DNA of 64,000 nucleotides, from NCBI GenBank assembly GCA_002269645.1, contig NIVC01000090.1:248001-312000 (forward strand). The letters run 5' to 3'. Every line of letters begins with the position of its first letter. Within the stretch, counting starts at the first letter, position 1. This document shows, in pieces, positions 1-11,411 of the stretch. Position numbers and translations under genes: made by a program. This stretch comes from Macrostomum lignano (lineage: Eukaryota). Under the pieces are notes generated by a model, which worked only from the letters and a program-made list of their open reading frames with translations, was not told the DNA's origin and searched no databases.

Positions 1-240
1 GAAAATCGAAAATCGAAAAGCATGCGATGTTACGGATGAATTACAAAACGTAATTTGAAAAATCCTTTCCTATGCGAGGAAAATATGACGACCTAAAATT
101 ATCTGCGAAAACTCCTAGTGCTAGTGCTACGAGCCTAAACGCTTCAAACAAGCACAAAGGCGAGTGAAAACCATCGGTAAACATCAAAGTTGATTTTTTA
201 ATAATAGCGAACAACAGTAACTTCACCGCAGTGCCAATTC

Positions 241-1181
241 CTAGGCAAGCTGAATCCGTTCTCCTGACACTATTTTCTTGAGATCGTCCAGCCTCCTCCT
301 GGCGAAGTCGTCCAAGTTGTTGAACCTCTCGAACTCGGACACCGCGGCGTCGACGGCTGCGACGTCGCGAGCGTCGGTAGCCGAAGCCAGCGACCTCACC
401 AGCGAGAGCTCGTCGGTGTCCTTGAACGATCCGCACAGCACAGCCAGCTGCTCCGCCTTCTCGCCGACTCCCGCAGCTCCTGAGCACAGCAGGCACAGAC
501 AGCTCTTGGCCAGGTGGTCCTTGGCTCCGAAGCTCAACAGACTGTGCTGCTCAGCCGACACTCCCAGATCCTCAAACACTGCGGCTGCCTCTGTCAGCCT
601 CCCGCAGTCCGCCGTCAACTCCGCGGCCTTGGCGCGGCTGCCCGCAGCGCTGGCCGGACTGTCCTCGCCGCTCCAGAAGTCCGCCGCTCTCACGTAGGCA
701 CCGATGGCCTCCTCGACTTGCTGAGATGAAGCCAGCAGGTCTCCAGCCTCCTCCAGCTGTCTGGCAGCGATGCTGAACTGGCCCTGCTCTGCGTACATCT
801 CGGCCGCTTGCTGCAGGCACCGCACGGCCTTCGGTCTCGTGTCTGGCAGCTTGCGGTAGCAGTTCGCAGCCTCCGAGTAATTGTTGGCCGCATCGAGCTC
901 GCATCGCCTCTGCTTTGAGAACTGCTCGGCCGCGGCTTCGAATGCCTGCCCAGCTTCGCGCCAGTTTTTAGATATTTTAAGTCTGTTTCCTTTGTCAAGC
1001 AAATGTTCAGATCCTTTGGGCTCTTTGGTGAATGAATAATATAAACCTATGCCAGTTACTGCAGCAACGGACAAAGCCGCCGCCTTTTTAACTTCATGTA
1101 ATTTGTGGTTTCTTAGATTTCCATTGTTCTGAAGTTCGCGAGTTTGGATTTCCGCGGCAGCTTGGACAATTGAACTGAATT
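241..1181 (-). CDS. alpha-SNAP-like protein copy 1 (group A); probable terminal coding exon with a TM-like segment; start codon not in this exon
   Basis: SNAP motifs W.EAG.AF..AA, DAANNYSEAANCYRK, GQFSIAARQ, ADFWSGEDSPASA, LLSFGAKD and LDDF align by eye to alpha-SNAP (NWSAAGNAF, GRFTIAAKH, ADYYKGEES, LLKYSAKD, LDQW). The ORF-track start at 1074 is TTG. The frame stays open upstream to a TTTTAG acceptor at 1182/1181 (phase 1), adding ...HEVKKAAALSVAAVTGIGLYYSF. Stop TAG at 241-243. Confidence 0.8.
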
Positions 1182-1463
1182 CTAAAATACAAACAAAAAT
1201 CGAGTTGAATTTTTAGCTCCAACCTTATTGTTTCCACCTCCAATCTACGGGTAGGAGCTAGTATATCGTTAGCTAATTTTAATCCTGGATATTAGAATAA
1301 CTAGATATGTCTTTCCCAATTAAAGTAGTAAAAAAGTAAAGCGTCTACTCTTTTTTTAGTAGTTTGACTGCGCAAAGTCACATGAATTAATTGTGGCAGC
1401 TAAAACTTCCTTCCCCTTCTCCGACTTTACGGCCCCAGAAGATATAGCGTTAAGAATAAATTA

Positions 1464-1745
1464 AGACGGACGAAACTCAGTCTAGGGGCAGGCTCAATCT
1501 GGCTCAGCCAATGAGAGAGCAGTAGGGAGAGAGGTTTAAGTCAGACGGACGAAACTCAGCCTAGGAGGACAGGCCCAGTCTGGCTCAGCCAATGAGAGAG
1601 CAGTAAGGAGAGAGATTTGAGTCAGACGGACGAAACTCTGCCTAGGGGGACAGGCCCAGTCTGGCTAAGCCAATGAGAGAGCAGTCAGGAGAGATGTTAA
1701 AGTCAGACACAAGCGGGCAAGTGGAAAGCCAGACTGTTTATCGGC
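1464..1745. repeat. three ~80-bp tandem units containing CAGCCAATGAGAG; dispersed repeat also at 23100-23285
   Basis: agacggacgaaactc recurs at 1464, 1543 and 1624. The terminal aagtcagacacaagc..ggaaag..actgttta is shared with the 23100-23285 copy. Confidence 0.85.
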
Positions 1746-1789
1746 ATGGCTGGGTAGCTCGCAATGAGCTACCCTTGGCTGGGTAGCTC

Positions 1790-2370
1790 GGTCCTCTCTC
1801 ACCTCTCTCCTCGGTCCTCTCTCACCTCTTCTCTCGGTCCTCTCTCACCTCTTTCTCTCGGTCCTCTCTCACCTCTTCTCTCGGTCCTCTCTCACCTCTT
1901 CTCTCGGTCCTCTTTCACCTCTTCTCTCGGTCCTCTCTCACCTCTTTCTCTCGGTCCTCTCTCACCTCTTCTCTCGGTCCTCTCTCACCTCTTCTCTCGG
2001 TCCTCTCTCACCACTTCTCTCGGTCCTCTTTCATCTCTTCTCTCGGTCCTCTTTCATCTCTTCTCTCGGTCCTCTTTCATCTCTTCTCTCGGTCCTCTCT
2101 CACCTCATTTCTCGGTCCTCTCTCACCTCTTTCCTCGGTCCTTCTCACCTCATTTCTCGGTCCTCTCTCACCTCTTTCCTCGGTCCTTCTCACCTCATTC
2201 TCTATTTTGTCCTTTTCCTCTCTTCCCCCTCTCTTACCTCTCATTTCTCATCTTCTCTTCTCCTCTCTCGTCTTTCTTTTCGCCTCTCCTTTCTTATCTT
2301 CTCTCTGATCTCTTCTCTTATTTCCTTTCTTATTCTCTCTCACATCTAATTATCTCTCATCTTTATCGCA
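1790..2370. repeat. CT-rich low-complexity minisatellite (ctctcggtcctctctcacctctt-like units)
   Basis: Directly visible pyrimidine-rich tandem units degrading into CT-rich sequence. Confidence 0.9.
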
Positions 2371-3746
2371 GTCATTAGCTAGTAGGCTTTTTTACTGGCC
2401 CTCTAGGTAAAAATGTTTGCCAAGCCTTAGTGTAAAATGTTTTAAGCTTAGCAAAAAAAGTCAGTTTTCTTACGAGATGCGCGCGTGAAAATGAAAATGC
2501 TCCACCGGTGCCACAGCCATTGCAATAGGCCACCGGAAGGTATTAGCGAAATTGAAGCCAAACGGGTTGTTTCTCCAGGTGGTTTACTGTGTGACTGGCC
2601 CATCTTATTCAAGTCGAGCATGAATGACAGAAATTGCTATAAAAAGAAAACATGATTTACCAGTACTGAAAGCTGTAACTTTCTTTGACCTTCTTTGAGC
2701 CCAGAAGTTCTTGACTCAAGTGCTATAATTTAAATAGTAATTAAGAAAATGTAAACTGTTACAGGTTAAAAGTACTAAAAAATAATAATTACTCGCCCTA
2801 GTCACTTAGTAGTCATTCACTCAAGATTTGATATAAAAGTTAGCTAACTCAATCGTAGCATTATATACTTACTTTAATAATATTCTAATAACAAACTACA
2901 CTTCAAAGCAGAATGATTTGTCTAAGAGGAGAACAACAAAAAAATTCAAGTAACCAACAGTCTTTGTTAATATAATACTGCAAATAATTTTGAAATGGGT
3001 GTAACATACAGTGTGTAACAGTAATACGCATGTCCGTGTAAACAGTACATGTAAAAATGTGATATTAAATCGATGATCAACATCTTGAAATACATGTAGT
3101 TGGAAGCACTGACTCGCAAACACAGAAAATATGACCAATTAACCATTTTGAAAATGGAATAGTGAATTTTACATCCGACGGAAAACTAGGAATTTTGGAA
3201 ATTGTCTTTTACATAATATAATAGCTTAAAGTTTAAAGCTGCGTAAAACCTTATTGTAAAACACACAGGAACAAATACAAACAGTTGGTTGGTCATGGAA
3301 GTGAAACTGTTTGTTGATAAATATGCTTCTTTAAAAAAGGCAAAAATGATGATAAAAAACATCCAAAATGAATCTCAGCAATGGCGTATTTAGGAGCAAA
3401 TTAAGAAATAAAAAATAGCCACTGCTAAAAATTGTTTAGTCTATGCATAATAACAAAAAATCCTTGATTTTTACTACATAATTCACTTCGGACTCAAATG
3501 AAGACATTTTGTAGAAATTAATAAATTCTTGAAGATATCATTCAAAAGGCTACACATCATCATGGAAAGGACGGCAAAAAAAGCGCCCGAGTTTTTTACT
3601 CCTTAAAGGACACTAAACTTAATTAATGCAGTGCAATACTCATAAGCACCTGTTTTATTTATTGAAAGTGAACCGATGTAAAACAACTATGATAAATATC
3701 AGACAAGCCAATTCAAGTTCCAATATCTTCCAAAGAGAATTAAAGT

Positions 3747-4799
3747 TTAGGTCAGCGGAATTATCTCTCTGGCTGCGATTTTCCTCAACTGGTCCAGCCT
3801 CCTCCTGGCGAAGTCGTCCAAGTTGTTGAACCTCTCGAACTCGGACACCGCGGCGTCGACGGCTGCGACGTCGCGAGCGTCGGTAGCCGAGGCCAGCGAA
3901 CTCACCAGCGAGAGCTCGTCGGTGTCCTTGAACGAGCCGCACAGCCCAGCCAGCTGCTCCGCCTTCTCGCCGACTCCCGCAGCTCCTGAGCACAGCAGGC
4001 ACAGACAGCTCTTGGCCAGGTGGTCCTTGGCTCCGAAGCTCAACAGACTGTGCTGCTCAGCCGATACTCCCAGATCCTCAAACACCGCGGCTGCATCTGC
4101 CAGCCTCCCGCAGTCCGCCATCAACTCTGCGGCCTTGGCGCGGCTGCCCGCAGCGCTGGCCGGACTGTCCTCGCCGCTCCAGAAGTCCGCCGCTCTCAAG
4201 TAGGCATCGATGGCCTCCTTGACTTGCTGAGATGAAGCCAGTAGGTCTCCAGCCTCCTCCAGCTGTCTGGCAGCGCTGGCCGGACTGTCCTCGCCGCTCC
4301 AGAAGTCCGCCGCTCTCAAGTAGGCATCGATGGCCTCCTTGACTTGCTGAGATGAAGCCAGCAGGTCTCCAGCCTCCACCATCTGTCTGGCAGCGATGCT
4401 GAACTGGCCCTGCTCTGCGTACATCTCGGCCGCTTGCTGCAGGCACCGCACGGCCTTCGGTTTTGTGTCTGGCAGCTTGCGGTAGCAGTTCGCAGCCTCC
4501 GAGTAATTGTTGGCCGCATCGAGCTCGCGTCGCCTCTGCTTTGAGAACTGCTCGGCCGCGGCTTCGAATGCCTGTCCAGCTTCGTGCCAGTTTTGATGAA
4601 GCTTCAGCTGGTCGCCCTGCTGCACTGAGTGTTCAGGGTTGGCTTCAGAATTTGTAGAGAGCCGCCGCGGTGTCCATGTTGCAGAGTTACTCAGCTGCTG
4701 GTACTGTGTATCCCCCTGTTGTTGATAGCAACAGCAATATACAGCAACGACAATTGCAATGATTAGAACAACGAGAATGACGAAGACAATGGCAGACAT
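3747..4799 (-). CDS. alpha-SNAP-like protein copy 2 (group A); N-terminal signal-anchor plus CCC motif; internal 40-aa duplication
   Basis: True ATG at 4799 with an in-frame stop just upstream. MSAIVFVILVVLIIAIVVAVYCCCY precedes the SNAP domain. Stop TAA at 3747-3749. Minus-strand AATAAA near 3655-3665. Confidence 0.88.
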   Translation of the reverse strand: MSAIVFVILVVLIIAIVVAVYCCCYQQQGDTQYQQLSNSATWTPRRLSTNSEANPEHSVQQGDQLKLHQNWHEAGQAFEAAAEQFSKQRRRELDAANNYSEAANCYRKLPDTKPKAVRCLQQAAEMYAEQGQFSIAARQMVEAGDLLASSQQVKEAIDAYLRAADFWSGEDSPASAARQLEEAGDLLASSQQVKEAIDAYLRAADFWSGEDSPASAAGSRAKAAELMADCGRLADAAAVFEDLGVSAEQHSLLSFGAKDHLAKSCLCLLCSGAAGVGEKAEQLAGLCGSFKDTDELSLVSSLASATDARDVAAVDAAVSEFERFNNLDDFARRRLDQLRKIAAREIIPLT

Positions 4800-5092
4800 C
4801 GCTGCGTTGGCAGTTTAAAATTGTGTTTCAAATGCTGCTGTATCTCCTGAACGGTAGTATAGTCTGTCCAAGAGCTTTTTAGTGCCTCATAAATTGAAGA
4901 TTATTACTGGTACACGGACTAAAATATTTTAATACAAGTTGTATGGTACGGCAGCTCAGCCTTTTCAAAGCATCCTGGTGCTCTACTAACGTAGAATGAT
5001 AACTTAACACTGTAAAATAATAAGTTGATTACTACCTGACATTGATATAATATCTGTGTGGTCCGTGAGCTATGTGACTTGTAATCTACAGG

Positions 5093-5547
5093 AATCTGTA
5101 TTGTATTGGATCCGTGATTCACTGGAAATGTATTGTATTGGATCCGTGATTCACTGGAAATGTATTGTATGGGATCTGTGATTCACTGGAAATGTATTGT
5201 ATGGGATCCGTGATTCACTGGATATGTATTGTATGGGATCTGTGATTCACTGGAAATGTATTGTATGGGATCTGTGATTCACTGGAAATGTATTGTGTGG
5301 GATCTGTGATTCACTGGAAATGTATTGTGTGGGATCTGTGATTCACTGGATATGTATTGTATGGGATCTGTGATTCACTGGAAATGTATTGTATGGGATC
5401 TGTGATTCACTGGAAATGTATTGTATTGGATCTGTGATTCACTGGAAATGTATTGTGTGGGATCTGTGATTCACTGGAAATGTATTGTGTGGGATCTGTG
5501 ATTCACTGGAAATGTATTGTGTGGGATCTGTGATTCACTGGATATGT
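5093..5547. repeat. 32-bp minisatellite, ~14 copies (gtgattcactggaaatgtattgtatgggatct)
   Basis: gtgattc recurs every 32 bp from 5114 to 5530; no unique spacers. Confidence 0.95.
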
Positions 5548-6547
5548 AATACAGTACATGAGGATGTGGATCTGGGTTCTGTAAACTTTAGAACCTAGGA
5601 GCTCTAGTTGAGAAAATTGCTACCTTGAAAATATTTTTTGAAACTAGAAAAACCTAAAATCCTAAATGAACACTTCAAAATTATATCTTGGCTGAATAGT
5701 TAGTAATTAGCAGACAATAATCCATACACAGAATATTAATAGCTTGCAGGCCAGCAACAATTACTGGTACAACGAACAAATAAGTTCTGCTTCTAAAATT
5801 TTCGACCATTTGAAATGTAAAAACGTTTTGAGAAAGTGAACCATGAGTAACTGGTAAAACAGCCGAAATGTGTTGGCATAGATACTGACAAAAAGCTGAT
5901 AATTCAGCCAAAAATAGCGTATAAAAACACATATAGCAAGTCGAATGAAAATCTAAAATAAAAATTAAGGCAATGATGTTTCCGTTGGCTTAAAAGCAGA
6001 AGTACTTTTATAGAATGTATTTCTGGTCTGATCGTCATCTTCCATTCTGTCCTATTAGATGACGGACTGACCAAGTGCAGGGTAGCCTGGTAGAAGATGA
6101 TAATTCTTAACTGTCCTAAGATCGGCAGCACTGACATGCTTAGTGGATGACGATGTCAGGTCGCTACGAGACTTGCAACAGTAGGAATATCAGTGCCTTT
6201 AAAATTTAGGCAGAAAAAAGTTTTAATTTGTTACGACCACAAAAAAGATAAATATCGGCAGGAATATATAGATTTCTGATAACACAGTGATTTATCGTAA
6301 GTAGTCGTAACAAAAACAGAGGCAGATATACAAACCCAAAAGGTTGCGGTACTCAAGCCACGGGATTCACCCATAGGCCACGCTGTTAACACTGACGTTG
6401 ACGCTCAGTTAAACAAAAAAATTTATTTCATCAGCTGCTTTAGGAGCTATAATAAACTTAGAGGAAACTTTAAGACTCCAAAATCAATACAAAACAAGAA
6501 CATACTAATACTCATAAATATTTCAGGCTCAGTGACAAGCACCGCAA

Positions 6548-7615
6548 CTACTGCAGCTGCACCCCGCCAGAAGCCACAAACTGCCTCAGCTGGTGCAGTC
6601 TCCTCCTGGCGAAGTCGTCCAAGTTGTTGAACTTCTCGAACTCGGACACCGCGGCGTCGACGGCTGCGACGTCGCGAGCGTCGGTAGCCGAAGCCAGCGA
6701 CCTCACCAGCGAGAGCTCGTCGGTGTCCTTGAACGAGCCGCACAGCCCAGCCAGCTGCTCCGCCTTCTCGCCGACTCCCGCAGCTCCTGAGCACAGCAGG
6801 CACAGACAGCTCTTGGCCAGGTGGTCCTTGGCTCCGAAGCTCAACAGACTGTGCTGCTCAGCCGACACTCCCAGATCCTCAAACACCGCGGCTGCCTCTG
6901 TCAGCCTCCCGCAGTCCGCCATCAACTCCGCGGCCTTGGCGCGGCTGCCCGCAGCGCTGGCCGGACTGTCCTCGCCGCTCCAGAAGTCCGCCGCTCTCAC
7001 GTAGACATCGATCGCTTTTCTTTGTTCTTGAGATGCAGCCAGCAGGTCTCCAGCCTCCTCCAGCTGTCTGGCAGCGATGCGGAACTGGCCCTGCTCTGCG
7101 TACATCTCGGCCGCTTGCTGCAGGCACCGCACGGCGTTCGGTCTCGTGTCTGGCAGCTTGCGGTAGCAGTTCGCAGCCTCTGAGTAATTGTTGGCCGCAT
7201 CGAGCTCGCATCGCCTCTGCTTTGAGAACTGCTCGGCCGCGGCTTCGAATGCCTGTCCAGCTTCGTGCCAGTTTTGATGAAGCTTCAGCTGGTTGCCCTG
7301 CTGCAGAAGCTTGGCGGTGTCAGAGGTTCGCTGTAGGGCCGGCTGGGGCTGCGTCAGCCTGCTTGTTTCTTCATCATCTATAGGAAAGCAACACAGACAA
7401 ACGCCTATGGGTAACGTTAAATCTTCAGGTGACGTCATCCTGCTGGCTTCTTCATCTCTAGGAAAGCAACACGGACAAATGCAGCTCCAGCAGCTGTAGC
7501 AGCAGCCTTCAGGTGACGTTGTGCTGGTCTCTTTATCTCTAGGAAAGCAACACGGAAAAATGCAGCTCCAGCAGCTGCAGCACATTTCGCGAATGCAACT
7601 GCAGATGTTTCCCAT
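6548..7615 (-). CDS. alpha-SNAP-like protein copy 3 (group A); predicted N-myristoylated, Cys-rich (palmitoylated) N-terminus
   Basis: The track start at 7624 is TTG. The first ATG is at 7615, 3 nt after a TTGCAG acceptor, giving MGNICSC... followed by three CC(F)P[RI]D.E repeats and the SNAP domain. Stop TAG at 6548-6550. Confidence 0.87.
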   Translation of the reverse strand: MGNICSCIREMCCSCWSCIFPCCFPRDKETSTTSPEGCCYSCWSCICPCCFPRDEEASRMTSPEDLTLPIGVCLCCFPIDDEETSRLTQPQPALQRTSDTAKLLQQGNQLKLHQNWHEAGQAFEAAAEQFSKQRRCELDAANNYSEAANCYRKLPDTRPNAVRCLQQAAEMYAEQGQFRIAARQLEEAGDLLAASQEQRKAIDVYVRAADFWSGEDSPASAAGSRAKAAELMADCGRLTEAAAVFEDLGVSAEQHSLLSFGAKDHLAKSCLCLLCSGAAGVGEKAEQLAGLCGSFKDTDELSLVRSLASATDARDVAAVDAAVSEFEKFNNLDDFARRRLHQLRQFVASGGVQLQ

Positions 7616-7884
7616 TACCTGCAAGTAGAAAACAGTCTTTAATATGTAATTTTTTGTGTGTCTGCTTTTGCCGCTTTAAGTTTTAAGCTAATTCGTGCAA
7701 GGTGGGAAATGCATGAAATATCGTTGGGTATCTATCAGTACAGCTTCAGCAACTGGCCTACTCAGTTACTACAATAAAAAAACAGTAAAAAGATGGGATC
7801 ACAAATAAGTAATTGATAATATAAATAATAATAATATTTTATTTTTTGACTTGGATCTGCATTTTACTATAGGGGAATTTATTG

Positions 7885-8335
7885 GATTGTGAGGTATGGG
7901 ATGGAGATTGTGAGGTATGGGTTGGAGATTTTGAGATATGGGATGGAGATTGTGAGGTATGGGATGGAGATTGTAAGGTATGGGATGGAGATTGTGAGAT
8001 ATGGGATGTAGATTGTGAGATATGAGATGGAGATTGTGAGGTATGGGATGGAGATTGTGAGGTATGGGATGGAGATTGTGAGGTATGGGATGGAGATTGT
8101 GAGGTATGGGATGGAGATTGTGAGGTATGGGATGGAGATTGTGAGATATGGAATGTAGATTGTGAGATATGAGATGGAGATTGTGAGGTATGGGATGGAG
8201 ATTGTGAGGTATGGGATGGAGATTGTGAGGTATGGGATGGAGATTGTAAGGTATGGGATGGAGATTGTGAGGTATGGGATGGAGATTTTTGAGAAATGGG
8301 ATGGAGATTTTGAGATATGGGATGGAGATTGGGAG
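7885..8335. repeat. 21-bp minisatellite, ~21 copies (gagattgtgaggtatgggatg)
   Basis: Directly visible tandem units. Confidence 0.95.
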
Positions 8336-8879
8336 ACATGACTATTCTATTTCCTACATTGATTGTGCAATTTTCCAGTGAATTTGTGTTTTTATAGACT
8401 AGCAAATAAAGTTTTTAAATAGGTCTATATCGCGTGCAGAGAGACGGATTTTAATAACGTTGGTTTTGCGCAAAGCAAAGATCCTTTAACGGTGGAAAAT
8501 TGTACATACAGGTTAAACCAGTAAAGAATTTAATGAATTTGAAAAAAGCAGATCATAATTGACGAAATGGACAACGAAGTGTGGAAAATAAGCAAATAAA
8601 TGAAAACTGAAACCAAAATGTTGCTACCTACAGTAATAGCGGTTAAAAAAAGAGAAAACTCAGTCAATGAAATCATATTTAGTTATTACTGAATAAATAT
8701 GCGCAGAAACTATAACTAATTCGGGTATGTTTAACGTAAAATAAAATAAAAGCTATTGTTAAAATTGACCTACTTTAAAAAGCTTGTACAGGGACTTCTA
8801 GAAATATTACCAGGTGGACTGGAAGCTTGAAATAATGCTACGCCTTTAACGAAATCCTCTCACAACCAGCGCTGAGACA

Positions 8880-9152
8880 ATTCTGCGCACTCCGCTGACT
8901 CTTCACCACACACAAGCGCGCCAATACTGTACTCAGGCACGGCACTCATACACACGCTCACACAGGGTGTACATCGGCCCTGACTTTCTAATCGTCAGGC
9001 ATGTGCAGTCTCTGTGCCTTGGGGGTTGGCCCTCATGGCTGTGAATCGCACGACAACCTGCATTTTCGTGCACACAAGCCCCAAATGAATGTGTTTGCGT
9101 ACTCAATCGAACCAGGGGTCGTGGGCGTTTATTACCGCTGAGAAGCTCCGCC
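8880..9152 (-). mobile_element. degenerate tRNA-derived SINE-like element, same family as 11640-12010
   Basis: Shares the core ctgtgccttgggggttggccctca and flanks with 11730-11880. B-box-like GGTTCGATT on the minus strand near 9105-9113. Confidence 0.6.
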
Positions 9153-10325
9153 TTAGCACCTTCACTTGGGGATCAAAGGACTCACTTGGTCTAGCCAAAT
9201 CCAAAACACTGCTTGGGGCGGTAATTTTCAGATATAAGAAATAACAGTAGCCACCACATTGGCGTCAACATGGAGCCATGTTGCCTTCTAGCTTCCAGTC
9301 CAACTCTCTGCTGCTACTTCCAGAAGTCCTTGGCTAGTAAATGATTTGAAAAGCAAGCCATACAAATGGATAGAGCGCTATATTAGACAGACCATGTAAA
9401 CAGTAACTAGAGAAGACACTGGGACTAAAAGCAAATTTTAAGACGCAAGAAAAACAAAAGTACCGGCTGTTAAATAGTAAAGCATTGCTAAATTGACACA
9501 GATTGATTATTTTCCTGTTTGATAATACCAGTACGAGCGTAATTTTCAATTTTTGCTAGTTCTCTAATGTCCAGTCTAGATGTCCATGTTCAAGTCAATT
9601 TGCACTTTTTCTGTTCTCACGCCCTATTTTTTCCTACACGGGTGTCCGCTGGTGGTAAAAACGATGGTGGTAGGGGCAGAGAGGAGAGAGATAAGCGTTG
9701 AGTTAAGAACCGCGGCAGCCAATCAGAATGGAGCGAGGAGAGAGACTAAAATATATGTCTACACAAGGAGAGAGAGAATTTGAGTGTTCCTGCACTAAAG
9801 CAGTTTAAGCCAAACAGACTGAAATAGAAAGTCGGCCTAAAATAAACAAACAAACTTTATAATCGGGTGTTGTGTTGGTTAATCTAAGATTGGGGCGACT
9901 AACAAATTCCAGATTAGCATAATAAACTTTGCAATAGAAATTGGACTCATAACTTTGCGAAAAATACCGTTTCGAGGAAAATGAAATAAACAATTACATG
10001 AAAAAATTACATTGCACAAAACATATGTTGGTAAATTCAAACCACCGTATAATTCAAATGATAAATTGATTTTGTCGACAGCAACATATGGAAGAAGATT
10101 CCTACAATTTCCACGAAGTTGGCATTATTGCTGAGCCTTGTACTTCGCAGATTTATAAACCAGTAGAATACTTATAATAAACTGCAACAGCAGAATCATA
10201 CAATAGAAAGCTGGAGATTTCTCGCCTTATCATCATTATGGCTTTGGCATGCAAACTTAAACCTCCAAGACATAGAAGGATTGAGTCGAGTCCAATGCCG
10301 AATATATTAATACTCAGGCTGCTAC

Positions 10326-11411
10326 TTACAGTAACTGCACACTGTCACCAGTAGCTAAAAACTGTCTCAGCTGGTCCAGCCTCCTCCTGGCGAAGTCGTC
10401 CAAGTTGTTGAACCTCTCGAACTCGGACACCGCGGCGTCGACGGCTGCGACGTCGCGAGCGTCGGTAGCCGAAGCCAGCGACCTCACCAGCGAGAGCTCG
10501 TCGGTGTCCTTGAACGAGCCGCACAGCACAGCCAGCTGCTCCGCCTTCTCGCCGACTCCCGCAGCTCCTGAGCACAGCAGGCACAGACAGCTCTTGGCCA
10601 GGTGGTCCTTGGCTCCGAAGCTCAACAGACTGTGCTGCTCAGCCGACACTCCCAGATCCTCAAACACTGCGGCTGCCTCTGTCAGCCTCCCGCAGTCCGC
10701 CATCAACTCCGCGGCCTTGGCGCGGCTGCCCGCAGCGCTGGCCGGACTGTCCTGGCCGCTCCAGAAGTCCGCCGCTCTCAAGTAGGCATCGATGGCGTTT
10801 CTTTGATCTTGTGATGCAGCCAGCAGGTCTCCAGCCTCCTCCAGCTGTCTGGCAGCGATGCGGAACTGGCCCTGCTCTGCGTACATCTCGGCCGCTTGCT
10901 GCAGGCACTGCACGGCCTTCGGTCTCGTGTCTGGCAGCTTGCGGTAGCAGTTCGCAGCCTCCGAGTAATTGTTGGCCGCATCGAGCTCGCGTCTTCTCTG
11001 CTTCGAGAAGCGATCTGCAACAGTCTCAAACTTTTTGCCAGCTTCAAGCCAGTTTTTATCACGTTTGTTCCTGTTGCCATCGTCGATTAATCGCTGCTGC
11101 GATCCGTGCGTTTGACGCTTTCTAAACAGCAGAAAGTACAGTACCAGCAGCAGCAATACTACCAAGATGCACAGAAACCCGACAAAGATATAGGCTGTAT
11201 GTAATTTCGCTGGTGGCACAGTTGGCTGAGCTGTTGGAGCTGATGTAGTCGTGTCGATAGTAGTTGTGTTTGAATAGGACGGATTTGACGTCGTTAGGAC
11301 ACTCGTCGTTGGTCCGGTCGTACTGTTGGCATCAGCAGCAGCGGCACTTTCCACTGCTGCCATTGCGGTACTATTTGAACTTTTGATTTCGCTGCTATTC
11401 GAAGTCTCCAT
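10326..11411 (-). CDS. alpha-SNAP-like protein copy 4 (group A); receptor-like: Ser/Thr/Pro-rich stalk, TM helix, cytosolic SNAP domain
   Basis: The track start at 11486 is TTG; the first ATG is at 11411. The frame is open back to a TTTTTTCAG acceptor at 11471/11470 (phase 1), so an upstream coding exon is possible. Stalk has NSS/NST/NTT sequons. TM is AYIFVGFLCILVVLLLLVLYFLLF followed by RKR. Stop TAA at 10326-10328. Confidence 0.87.
   Translation of the reverse strand: METSNSSEIKSSNSTAMAAVESAAAADANSTTGPTTSVLTTSNPSYSNTTTIDTTTSAPTAQPTVPPAKLHTAYIFVGFLCILVVLLLLVLYFLLFRKRQTHGSQQRLIDDGNRNKRDKNWLEAGKKFETVADRFSKQRRRELDAANNYSEAANCYRKLPDTRPKAVQCLQQAAEMYAEQGQFRIAARQLEEAGDLLAASQDQRNAIDAYLRAADFWSGQDSPASAAGSRAKAAELMADCGRLTEAAAVFEDLGVSAEQHSLLSFGAKDHLAKSCLCLLCSGAAGVGEKAEQLAVLCGSFKDTDELSLVRSLASATDARDVAAVDAAVSEFERFNNLDDFARRRLDQLRQFLATGDSVQLL

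Noticed and set aside
1764-2378. Leu/Ser-rich 204-aa ORF
   Set aside because: Translation of a CT-rich low-complexity repeat, which lacks stop codons by composition.
5093-5547. Possible CRISPR array (32-bp period)
   Set aside because: Units are contiguous with no unique spacers, there are no cas genes, and the context is eukaryotic.
7839-8405. ORF of SQSPSHT heptads resembling an RNA polymerase II CTD
   Set aside because: It is one frame of a 21-bp minisatellite and lacks the Tyr/YSPTSPS consensus. I found no convincing donor linking it to copy 3, and an upstream exon would abolish copy 3's MG start. RNA-seq could overturn this.
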